From assembly GCA_035281405.1 (NCBI GenBank), contig DATEDY010000364.1:1-35718 (forward strand): a DNA stretch of 35,718 nucleotides, written 5' to 3'. The number at the start of each line of letters is the position of its first letter. Positions within the stretch are counted from its first letter, which is position 1. Under the pieces are notes generated by a model, which was given only the letters and a program-made list of their open reading frames with translations, made no database searches and was not told the DNA's origin. Both the position numbers and the translations under genes were made by a program. The DNA is from Flavobacterium sp. (lineage in GTDB: Bacteria; Bacteroidota; Bacteroidia; Flavobacteriales; Flavobacteriaceae). Of this stretch, positions 1-8,548 are shown piece by piece.

Positions 1-251
1 GTATTAATATCTTCCACCAAAACCCATTTGTATTTAGCCACATACGGAGCAGGTTTTATGCCCGGCAGCTGACTCATGGTTTCAAACTCTTCTTCGGTTA
101 CTTTAAAAGAAGCGGAAGTGGGTGTTTGGTTCAATCCGGCAACACAGAACATCTTTCCGCCTATGCAAAAGCACAGGTCGTTGCCCCATTTAATATCTTC
201 GGTAACATGAGGTAAGGCTTTGCATATTGACTGTAATTTCTCTATATCCAT
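1..251 (-). CDS. MmcQ/YjbR family DNA-binding protein, 3' end outside window
   Basis: Not in the ORF track. Manual translation from the ATG at 251: MDIEKLQSICKALPHVTEDIKWGNDLCFCIGGKMFCVAGL...SFKVTEEEFETMSQLPGIKPAPYVAKYKWVLV. The KW...F.IGGKMF and PAPY...KWV motifs are typical of YjbR. Starts 1 nt after the YciI stop. Confidence 0.88.
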   Translation of the reverse strand, partial: MDIEKLQSICKALPHVTEDIKWGNDLCFCIGGKMFCVAGLNQTPTSASFKVTEEEFETMSQLPGIKPAPYVAKYKWVLVEDIN

Positions 252-252
252 A

Positions 253-711
253 TTAAAACTTGGTTTTAGCTACTTTATCATGGTTTTTGCTCACTTGCAT
301 TAAGGCAGCGCTGCTGTACCAAGGTGTTAATTCCACTTCAAATAGCTTTGCTTTAACGGCAGGATCGGTTTCTACCAGCTTTTGTGCTTCTTCAATAGTA
401 GTACAATTGAAGATGAAAATACCGCGATAGTTGCGGTCGTTTTTCATGAACGGACCTGCTACAACCAGTTTGCCTTCTTCTGCTAATTTATTGATATTGG
501 CCATATGGCCTTCGAAGTATTTCTTTTTCTCGTCGGGAGTTGCGGTAGTGTTTGAACCGGTTTTTAGTATACAGAAGATGTATTGTTTCATTCCGTATTC
601 ATCGGCGCCCAATTCTTTTGCTAGCTTTTCATCATAAGGGTTGAGGTTGTCTGTTTGTGCATTTGCTGTTATTCCGCAAAAAAGAAGGAGTGTATACAAG
701 ATGTTTTTCAT
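253..711 (-). CDS. YciI-family protein with N-terminal signal peptide
   Basis: GHMANINKLAEEGKLVVAGPF, GIFIF and DPAVKA motifs; signal-like N-terminus MKNILYTLLLFCGITANA-Q. Confidence 0.85.
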   Translation of the reverse strand: MKNILYTLLLFCGITANAQTDNLNPYDEKLAKELGADEYGMKQYIFCILKTGSNTTATPDEKKKYFEGHMANINKLAEEGKLVVAGPFMKNDRNYRGIFIFNCTTIEEAQKLVETDPAVKAKLFEVELTPWYSSAALMQVSKNHDKVAKTKF

Positions 712-795
712 GATGGTGGTTGTTAGAATTGTAAAGTTACAGTTTTTAAGTTATGAGTGTATTGTTTGTGGTTTATTGTTTAAAGCCTAGGGATC

Positions 796-883
796 TATTA
801 GTCATATAGTACTCATGTACTGCTTATATATTAGTTATACAGTACTTTGATACGGATCAAGTACGGATCAAGTACGGGTCAAC
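796..883. repeat. Degenerate 11-bp-period tandem array (8 units)
   Basis: Units: tattagtcata, tagtactcatg, tactgcttata, tattagttata, cagtactttga, tacggatcaag, tacggatcaag, tacgggtcaac. The last three are near-identical; units 1-2 recur as units 4-5. Confidence 0.8.
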
Positions 884-940
884 CCATAGTTTGGTATGGA
901 ACTTACTACAATTGTAAAGCAGGTAAAGAACATTTTGTTT

Positions 941-999
941 ACCAAAGGCGACCAAAGTGACCAAAAGTGACCAAAAGTGGCAAAAAGTGACCAAAAGAG
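941..999. repeat. ~10-bp tandem repeat ACCAAAAGTG x6
   Basis: accaaaggcg accaaagtg accaaaagtg accaaaagtg gcaaaaagtg accaaaagag. Confidence 0.9.
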
Positions 1000-1075
1000 T
1001 CGAAAACGGCAATGGTATTATTGACTGGTCTGGTATTTGGTAAGTCATACTATATTAACAATAAAAATGAACATT

Positions 1076-1825
1076 ATGGCTAAAGCAAAAGGGATTGTGC
1101 ATATTGAGGGGAGTATTGATGATTTTGTTTTTTATACACTAAAAGGGGAGCGTTGTGTGCGCAGGAAAGATAAGAAGCAGGGAGAACGAATTAAAAACGA
1201 TGCTAATTTTGAACGTATAAGAGAAAATAATAACGAGTTTGGGCACTGTAGCGGAAGCGGTAAGCTACTTCGGCAGGGATTGGCATCTTTGGTGGTAAAG
1301 GCTAAAGATGATCGTTTGGTGAGTAGGATGCAACGTATACTTTCAAATATAAAGGATTTGGATACTGTTTCGGTACGAGGGCAGCGGAAGGTTTACGAAG
1401 GTTTGAAAACGGTAGAAGGGAAGCAGTTGCTGAAGGGTTTTGATTTTAATGTGAATACTTCTTTGAATAAGGTACTGAGAACTAAATGGGAGTTGGCTCC
1501 AGAGGACAATATTCTTCATTTTCCGGATTTTAGTCCGAACCAACAATTGGTTTTCCCTGAAGGAGCTACCCATGCCCGAATGGTGTTGGCTGTCACACGA
1601 GTAGATTTTGAAACCGGCATTTATGCAACGGCATACAGTCCTGAAATGAGTGTTGCGAAAGCGACGACTTCAGTTGATTTAGTGCTTTCAACTGAGCATC
1701 TCCCTGAAAGCAATGGTTTTGTTTTTTATGTGTTGGCCGTTTCATTTTTCCAGGAAACCGGTGGCGAGTTGTATTCTTTAAAGAACGAAGGGTGTAACTT
1801 ACTGCATGTTTTGGAGGTTATTTAG
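1076..1825 (+). CDS. Conserved Bacteroidota hypothetical protein (basic N-terminus, beta-rich C-terminus)
   Basis: ORF 1037-1825 begins at TTG; ATG 1076 (MAKAKGIVHIEGSIDDFVFY) is the more likely start. RIKNDANFERIRENNNEFG and GKQLLKGFDFN resemble a hypothetical family I recall from Flavobacteriaceae. Confidence 0.8.
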   Translation: MAKAKGIVHIEGSIDDFVFYTLKGERCVRRKDKKQGERIKNDANFERIRENNNEFGHCSGSGKLLRQGLASLVVKAKDDRLVSRMQRILSNIKDLDTVSVRGQRKVYEGLKTVEGKQLLKGFDFNVNTSLNKVLRTKWELAPEDNILHFPDFSPNQQLVFPEGATHARMVLAVTRVDFETGIYATAYSPEMSVAKATTSVDLVLSTEHLPESNGFVFYVLAVSFFQETGGELYSLKNEGCNLLHVLEVI

Positions 1826-2364
1826 GAGCAGATTTCTTAGATTTTCAGATTGTTGGGATGTTATATTTTTTTGGATTGTCATTTGGAACGAATCTTGGCA
1901 ATTTTACCTTTTGCTTCACAGCGCATCATCATCTTAAAAACTACATCAGTAGTTCGTGGCAAAAATGTAATATCATCAAAAAATCAGAGGAACGTAAATA
2001 GCCAAATTTCAAAAATAAATGGTTAATTATTCTTATTTAAGGCTGTGCTAAGATGTTGATATTTCATTTTGGATGCCATTGTGTTTATTGGTTGTTAAAA
2101 AATTAACAATAATGATTGAAATTTTTCAATATAAGAATTTTCTGAACTTGTTGGTTTGCAAGAGATTGCGTTTTTGTCTAGTTTTCAATGTGTTAAATTT
2201 GTGTTATTACAGAAAATTCGGTATAAATGCGTACAATATGTATGAAAAAAACTTGTTATTTTTAGAAACTTCAAAACGGTAAAATTCTTACAAGAATAAT
2301 AGCTCTTTTAAGACACTTTTTGATGGATTTTGAGCGTATAGTTTTTTAATATTTAATCATTCTT

Positions 2365-2544
2365 ATGCCGTTACCTTCTTCTATTCCTTTTTTTATAACT
2401 CAAAATGGGTTTACCGCTCAATTAGCCAATAAAGCTTTTGGGCCACAAGATGAGAATAATTTCAGATTGACTTCCGGTTTTATTGTGGACCTTGATAATG
2501 ATGAATGTTTGGATTCTGAATCAATTTTTTTAAGAATACATTAG
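2365..2544 (+). pseudogene. 59-aa ORF, truncated paralogue of the N-terminus of the downstream 738-aa protein
   Basis: Manual translation MPLPSSIPFFITQNGFTAQLANKAFGPQDENNFRLTSGFIVDLDNDECLDSESIFLRIH*. Aligns with FFFLEDEVFTQQVNNAFGVVSENEFRTTS (FF, FT, Q, N.AFG, EN.FR.TS shared). Confidence 0.7.
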
Positions 2545-2598
2545 GCAAATAAAATAGAATACCAATAATCGTTTAAGCTTCTAATTTTAATACTATTC

Positions 2599-4815
2599 AT
2601 GTCGGAAATAATTAATAATACGCAAGCTCAAAAGGCTACAACTTCTAATCAAGGGACTAACAAAGTGCCTAAATTAGATGCTAAATCCTTTTTCTTTTTG
2701 GAGGATGAAGTTTTTACTCAGCAAGTAAACAATGCTTTTGGTGTTGTTTCTGAAAATGAGTTTCGAACTACTTCCTTAGTAACAATATCAGCAAAAAAAA
2801 TTGTTAGTATTTGTTCCGGTCAAGTTTTTTTGCAACCTAATTCAGTTGATGCTAATAAAGTCAATTTAATTTTGAAGCCTTACAAACAGCCTGTTGCGGG
2901 TTTATCTATAAAGTACTTTATCTATAGAGGACTTCCTAAAAATCAATTTTTGGATTCTTCAAATAAAGTTTTAGCAACTGGTTCGGGTTTGATAACTCAT
3001 ATACGTACAGAATTTAATAATTTTTATCAGCAAGATGCCAGTTTATCTTCTGCACAGCCTGAACTTTTGGGTAAATATATAGGTTATCCTGATTCGGCAG
3101 CGCCTACAAACCAAGCTCAGGTTGGAACAGATTTAATTGATGAATACTTTTATAAGATATCCCAAACATTTGAAGGTGAAACGGGAGATATAACAAATGC
3201 TAAACGTGCATTTGAGATGCCTATGATACCTGCCGGAACTGAATTAACAACTGCTATTAGTGGGGAAATAGGGCTGGATATCGTGCTTAATTATGGTGAT
3301 TATTACATTGAAAATGATCCAAATCCATTTAAACTGGATTTAAACTTTGCCAGAGCCCCTCACAATGTAATTAATGTTTCGGGTATTACTGATGCTTATC
3401 AAAAGAAACTAATGCGTGAAAATATCATTCAATTTATTGACCCTGCGGCTTTCTATGGTTTGCATGCCAATGGAGGTAAGGTGCTTAAACTTGGATCAGC
3501 TACTGCAATAGAAACACCTGTTGATATTTATACGTTAATAAATTCTTTTGTTACTAAAAACAATATTTACATTTATGTTCAAAGTAATCGACAACGTTCT
3601 TACAATTTTTATAATAAATATGGTGTAAGTGCTACCAATTCTAATAATATTAAAATTGGTACGACTGAAGCTAATTTGTTAGAAACCACCTTTGAAACTA
3701 GTAAATGGCCTGTAAAAATATTTAGCACCGTTCCTGCTTCAGGAAGTGACAAGCAAACAATCGCTTTGCAGTTTACTACAGACAAAAGTTCCAGTACCAG
3801 TTTGTATGGTCAAACAGTAAACCTGTTATCTGCCAATAGCGAGAATTTTATGGATGCCAAAGATTTGGTTCGGGAACCCGATAGTAACGGAGTTGTTTCG
3901 GATTTTACCAAAACCATTATTTTATCTTCACCTATATCCAGTAACGCGAACATAGCTTCGATTGTTCAATTAATTTACCTGGGGAAAAGAATCGTACTGA
4001 CAAGAGATGGAGAAGACGATGGAGATCCTTTGACACCTATTCCAACGGTTGAATTCACTTCCAAATATATGGACGATGTGTTTTATCTTATAGAAGCTAC
4101 TTCATTTTTGAAAGCAGATAAAATATATCATGTGCATAGTTATATGCCGACACTTTATAATCAAACAGAAATAGATAAAAACAGAAATAGGGTAGTTTCT
4201 TTTACGCAACGGACACAAAATGCTATTGCCATAAACGAAACTGAAAACCTTACATTATTTACTTATTTATCTATTGTTGAAAGCGAGCAGAGTAATCATT
4301 CAAATTTTTCTGCGAATGCTTCTCCTAACAAAGAAGCTACAGGGTATGGTGTACAAAATTTACTCAAGATTCATTCGTTGCCTAACTTGCCAACTGACGA
4401 ATATATTGATTTAAAAATAATAAAGGATAACAAAAGAACGGTAACCGGAATAATCCTGAAATCTCAGAATTCTAACCCAACAACGATTGCATTGGGACTT
4501 ACAGAACAACAAAACAATACAATTAAATTACTGTTGACCGATAAATTAAATCCAAGGCTATATTTCGATTCTTTAAACAGTTTCGAAGAGCAAAATCCAC
4601 ATCCCAAAATCACTTCAAAAAAGTATAGGTTGGGGATAATTTATGATTTGCCGACTTTTATCCAAGACATTGTTTATCCGCAGCAAGCAGATGAAATAGT
4701 AGTTTATACATTAGATTCATTAGTCTTCTTTACAAAAGAGTATAGCGATTATATTGAATTAGTTCAGTCAAAATTAGAGTTTGAATTATATAAAACAGAC
4801 TCAATAAAATATTAG
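2599..4815 (+). CDS. Hypothetical protein, 738 aa, first full gene of the accessory locus
   Basis: Long ORF, no signal peptide, 3 nt gap to the next gene. Conserved-looking blocks ICSGQVFLQP...KVNLILKP...IKYFIYRGL, FIDPAAFYGLH and QSNRQRSYNFY. Confidence 0.9.
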   Translation: MSEIINNTQAQKATTSNQGTNKVPKLDAKSFFFLEDEVFTQQVNNAFGVVSENEFRTTSLVTISAKKIVSICSGQVFLQPNSVDANKVNLILKPYKQPVAGLSIKYFIYRGLPKNQFLDSSNKVLATGSGLITHIRTEFNNFYQQDASLSSAQPELLGKYIGYPDSAAPTNQAQVGTDLIDEYFYKISQTFEGETGDITNAKRAFEMPMIPAGTELTTAISGEIGLDIVLNYGDYYIENDPNPFKLDLNFARAPHNVINVSGITDAYQKKLMRENIIQFIDPAAFYGLHANGGKVLKLGSATAIETPVDIYTLINSFVTKNNIYIYVQSNRQRSYNFYNKYGVSATNSNNIKIGTTEANLLETTFETSKWPVKIFSTVPASGSDKQTIALQFTTDKSSSTSLYGQTVNLLSANSENFMDAKDLVREPDSNGVVSDFTKTIILSSPISSNANIASIVQLIYLGKRIVLTRDGEDDGDPLTPIPTVEFTSKYMDDVFYLIEATSFLKADKIYHVHSYMPTLYNQTEIDKNRNRVVSFTQRTQNAIAINETENLTLFTYLSIVESEQSNHSNFSANASPNKEATGYGVQNLLKIHSLPNLPTDEYIDLKIIKDNKRTVTGIILKSQNSNPTTIALGLTEQQNNTIKLLLTDKLNPRLYFDSLNSFEEQNPHPKITSKKYRLGIIYDLPTFIQDIVYPQQADEIVVYTLDSLVFFTKEYSDYIELVQSKLEFELYKTDSIKY

Positions 4816-4818
4816 CAT

Positions 4819-7800
4819 ATGGATGTTGTAATTTTAAGGAACGGCAATGCAGTAAAGACATCAAACATAACTGATGTTCACCTAAATATTTACGGGTTTT
4901 TATCTACTTTTAAAGCTTCAGGAAAGGATTTTTCGTATTTTACTCATGAAGACTTAGATTCTGATAGTAGCCTTAAGAAGATCCCATTGACTGCAGGTTA
5001 TTATGAAGTTGATGCATACTCTGCCTATATTGTAAAGCCTAGCGAGGCTGAATTTAAAAAACTGAAGGATAATTTTTCATTCGGCTCTAAATTTATACCA
5101 GCCGATTCGGGTCAGACAATTCAGGTCAAAATAGCTCACATTGCATCGCCTTATACTGATTTTTACTCTTATGTTATGTACACATTTCAGCATGTTAAAG
5201 GGAAAAATTATTTGGATAAAGGGAACTTAAGATATTTAGATATAACCTTAATGGGTAACCCATCTGCACCAGCAATCAATCCAGGCTCTTCATTACAGAA
5301 TAATTTTTATACCAGACATATTGCACATATTACAGACATTCCTGATGATCATAAAAACGAATATGCTGAGTATACAATATATTCTACCCTGAGAATAGAT
5401 ATGATTGTAAGGGATATTTTTCCTATACTGTTATTTAACCCTAACAATACCCTCGTTCTTACAGATATTACAACAGCAATTTCACAGATTACCAATAACT
5501 GGAATACCAATAATTGTTTTGAAAACTTCAGCGCTGAATCGGCAAGAAGTTATCGTAGCCATTTGTTAGGATTTTATTCGGCATGTTTTAAGAATCAAAA
5601 ACTAATTAAAGAGGCTAATCTGGATAAAAGGATGACGTACGTTATCCAGGCTATCCCTGATGAAGCAGCTTATTTGATTCCAAATGAATTTATGATAAAT
5701 GTCTTAAAGACCATCGCAAATAAACCAAAAGACAATATTGAATCAAATGACTTAGAATTAATAATTAAAATTGTTATGTCTTTTGATGAGAATAATCCTT
5801 CGAAAATAGATGGTTTTTTAAATGCTTTGGTAAGCAATTTATATTCATTGACCCTAAATTCAGAGTACGAAGATGATTTTGGTGATGCTCATGAGGGAGT
5901 ATTCAAAAGAGAAAAAGTTACACTATTCGAAAGACTGTTTAGCATTTTGAGTGACAATTCTATATATAAACTATGGCATTATTCACCGCTATATAAAAAA
6001 ATACATACATCCCTCAGCCTTGATGAGAAAGCTTCAAACAGGCAGATATTTGTTACCTGCCTTTATACTTTATGGATCAAAAGTAAATATAACCCTTACA
6101 GAAACAATGTGTTCAATCAGGATTATATTGGTTATGTGGGTGAAGATGCAACCAATAAAACCTTTATATATACAAGAAACCCTGCAACCACTGTACATTT
6201 TAATGCAGACTATTCTTATAATGTCATTTACGACCCCAAGGCATCACCATTAATAATAAACAATTATTATTATGTATTAAATGCATTAAAAAGAACAGTC
6301 GATTCAACGACTTCCTATTTCTACGCCTTTGACAAAATTCTTTTCTATTCCAATCAATATGAAAACATAAGGGAAACCGGAGTGAATCCTACAAATATAG
6401 TACAACAGCAACTTAACTGGATAAGAGGGTTAGGGGCGCCTTATGGACACTATCATATTTACCAACCTATTCAGATTGTTAATATTGTTGATAAAAATAA
6501 ATTTCATGCACCAATACACACCTGGAATGAAAACGGTAATGCCATAAGGCAAACTTATATACCTGCTTTTTTATATCATTTCATGAAATTAAAGGAACAT
6601 GATGAGTTTGTATATGCAGTCATTTGGAATCTGATAGAAGCGGCCTATGATGGTATACCTGCCAGTAAGTTTACTAGGTTTATTGATCAAGCCAATAAAT
6701 CTATAGATGCAGCCCTTGATTTTTTTGATGAGATAATTCCGGATTCAGCCTTTGTATTCATAAGTGATTATAGTAATTCCTGTAGTGGGGGAGAATTTTG
6801 TAGGCTCATAAAAGTTTTGGATACATGGATGCAAAATTATGCAGCAGTAAAGAATAATGTTGTAAAAAACGAAATCAAACAAGCTGCTTTTGATGTAGTG
6901 ATTGAAGCTAATGCAAACGGGTGGCCTAATGAATTTACATTTGGTTCCGGACTTGATGCACAGCATTTTATCATTGGGGTTTCAAATGCCGATACTTCAA
7001 ATCAGGATAATGACAGAAAAAATGACATCCTGAGAAAGATTAAGGGAAGGGTTAGTAGGGAGGAGCCGGAAGGAAATACAACCAGAGGGGAAGGATTCTC
7101 ATTATTTGTCTGGAATTCATCCGGTGGAATGTATACACGAACAAACGTCAGACTTCACACAGATGCCAGCTTACTCGTTTTAATTGAATATGGTTTGGAT
7201 AATAATGTCCCAGATCATTGGATTGAAGGAATATTGACTAAGGCATTCCGGATAAAAAAGCCAAAAACGTATAATGAAGCGGAAGCCGAATTATTAAATG
7301 CTTCAAATCTCATAAAACCTTTGCCAGCACCAGGGAGAGGAGAATTGTTGTATTGTTTTAATCATATCGATGAGCAAACCATTTTTGAAGAATTAGTCAA
7401 AGAAAAATACATCGATAAATATGAAATATATGATATTATTGCTGAAAATGCTGCATTGACCAACACTTATTATGGAGGTTCTGTCCACACAAAATTAACT
7501 CCTCCGGACATTGATATGGTTTCCTATATTTCTACTAATAAAATGGTTGAATTGGCAAATTTGGCTATTCAAAGATTAATGAGAATTATGGAATTAGGGT
7601 TAATGAGAAGAAAAAAATGTGAAGATCTGATCGTCAGGATAAAACACAACATTAACCCAGATGAACAGCAAAATAATATCAGGGTCATGGCTTATTGCAT
7701 TTACTGCATAAAAACGGAAAGCAACAATCTTGTGTTATATAACATGGGTGAAGAGTATAAGTATTTGAGAACCAGTTTTTTCGGTATGAATACAAACGTT

Positions 7801-7926
7801 TTGTTGTATATAAATCTTACTGAGCAACAATTAAGGAAGCGTTTTGACTTTGTCTTTATTACAAAAGAGGCCGCAGCGGAAGGCCGCAGCATCCCTCCTG
7901 AAACTCCGGTTAATTTTAATGATTAA
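4819..7926 (+). CDS. Hypothetical protein, 1035 aa; candidate polymorphic toxin with C-terminal nucleotidyltransferase-like domain
   Basis: Long ORF. YYGGSVHTKLTPPDIDMV near the C-terminus resembles the pol-beta NTase hG[GS]..DhD signature. Followed by small immunity-like genes. The CDS is secure; the function is inferred. Confidence 0.6.
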   Translation: MDVVILRNGNAVKTSNITDVHLNIYGFLSTFKASGKDFSYFTHEDLDSDSSLKKIPLTAGYYEVDAYSAYIVKPSEAEFKKLKDNFSFGSKFIPADSGQTIQVKIAHIASPYTDFYSYVMYTFQHVKGKNYLDKGNLRYLDITLMGNPSAPAINPGSSLQNNFYTRHIAHITDIPDDHKNEYAEYTIYSTLRIDMIVRDIFPILLFNPNNTLVLTDITTAISQITNNWNTNNCFENFSAESARSYRSHLLGFYSACFKNQKLIKEANLDKRMTYVIQAIPDEAAYLIPNEFMINVLKTIANKPKDNIESNDLELIIKIVMSFDENNPSKIDGFLNALVSNLYSLTLNSEYEDDFGDAHEGVFKREKVTLFERLFSILSDNSIYKLWHYSPLYKKIHTSLSLDEKASNRQIFVTCLYTLWIKSKYNPYRNNVFNQDYIGYVGEDATNKTFIYTRNPATTVHFNADYSYNVIYDPKASPLIINNYYYVLNALKRTVDSTTSYFYAFDKILFYSNQYENIRETGVNPTNIVQQQLNWIRGLGAPYGHYHIYQPIQIVNIVDKNKFHAPIHTWNENGNAIRQTYIPAFLYHFMKLKEHDEFVYAVIWNLIEAAYDGIPASKFTRFIDQANKSIDAALDFFDEIIPDSAFVFISDYSNSCSGGEFCRLIKVLDTWMQNYAAVKNNVVKNEIKQAAFDVVIEANANGWPNEFTFGSGLDAQHFIIGVSNADTSNQDNDRKNDILRKIKGRVSREEPEGNTTRGEGFSLFVWNSSGGMYTRTNVRLHTDASLLVLIEYGLDNNVPDHWIEGILTKAFRIKKPKTYNEAEAELLNASNLIKPLPAPGRGELLYCFNHIDEQTIFEELVKEKYIDKYEIYDIIAENAALTNTYYGGSVHTKLTPPDIDMVSYISTNKMVELANLAIQRLMRIMELGLMRRKKCEDLIVRIKHNINPDEQQNNIRVMAYCIYCIKTESNNLVLYNMGEEYKYLRTSFFGMNTNVLLYINLTEQQLRKRFDFVFITKEAAAEGRSIPPETPVNFND

Positions 7927-7938
7927 TATAAAAAAGTT

Positions 7939-8547
7939 ATGAGAACAGAATATAAGAATCTATTCAATGAATCGATAACTGTACAACAGAAAAATATTTT
8001 AGAAGATTATGTTGAAATCTTAGTAGATGAAAATTCTAACTTGGTTAAACAGAAAAACAATTACTTCAATAACGAAATATCGAGTATTGAATACTATATC
8101 GAATCCGGTGAAAATGAGGCCCAGCTGGTTTCATCATTATCTCAATTGAACCCTACAGTTTGCATCAAGGAGGTTACACCTCTTACAAATTATTCCATTG
8201 AGGTCGAGAGGGAATATAGGACTACAGTATTGAAATTTAAAAGCAGGTATTTATTGGACGAGAAAGACAGGATAATATGTAGCGAACCAGTAGATTCAAA
8301 TACGAACCTTCCCTTATATGACGAAACTGAAAAATACCATTTTAGTGACAATAAGGTAATCGAAGATTTATATGCAAGATATACTGCTAGCGGAAATCTG
8401 GATTATATTATTTATAAGACAAATGGCGATGAAGAGCAGGATTGGGAATATTATGACCAGACAAATTTTTCTGAATTGCAGTCAAAATTTACAGAAGATT
8501 TAAGTTATTATTTAACAGCTGATTTAGAATCACCATTCATAGTGTAA
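7939..8547 (+). CDS. Acidic Tyr-rich 202-aa protein, candidate immunity or chaperone protein
   Basis: Starts 12 nt after the 1035-aa gene; no signal peptide; similar to both halves of the next gene. Confidence 0.6.
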   Translation: MRTEYKNLFNESITVQQKNILEDYVEILVDENSNLVKQKNNYFNNEISSIEYYIESGENEAQLVSSLSQLNPTVCIKEVTPLTNYSIEVEREYRTTVLKFKSRYLLDEKDRIICSEPVDSNTNLPLYDETEKYHFSDNKVIEDLYARYTASGNLDYIIYKTNGDEEQDWEYYDQTNFSELQSKFTEDLSYYLTADLESPFIV

Positions 8548-8548
8548 T

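Noticed and set aside
796-999. CRISPR array
   Set aside because: Units are 10-11 bp, contiguous and have no unique spacers; no cas genes.
857-1048. 63-aa minus-strand ORF
   Set aside because: It is a translation of the tandem repeats (LLVTF/LLVTL); probably spurious.
2073-2282. 69-aa ORF
   Set aside because: AT-rich intergenic composition with no recognisable motif; likely upstream regulatory DNA.
2320-2364. Sigma-A promoter for the large locus
   Set aside because: TTTG is present but there is no proper TAnnTTTG at the expected spacing.
7869-7890. GC-rich ggccgcagc direct repeat
   Set aside because: Short and inside coding sequence (AAAEGRS); no supportable function.
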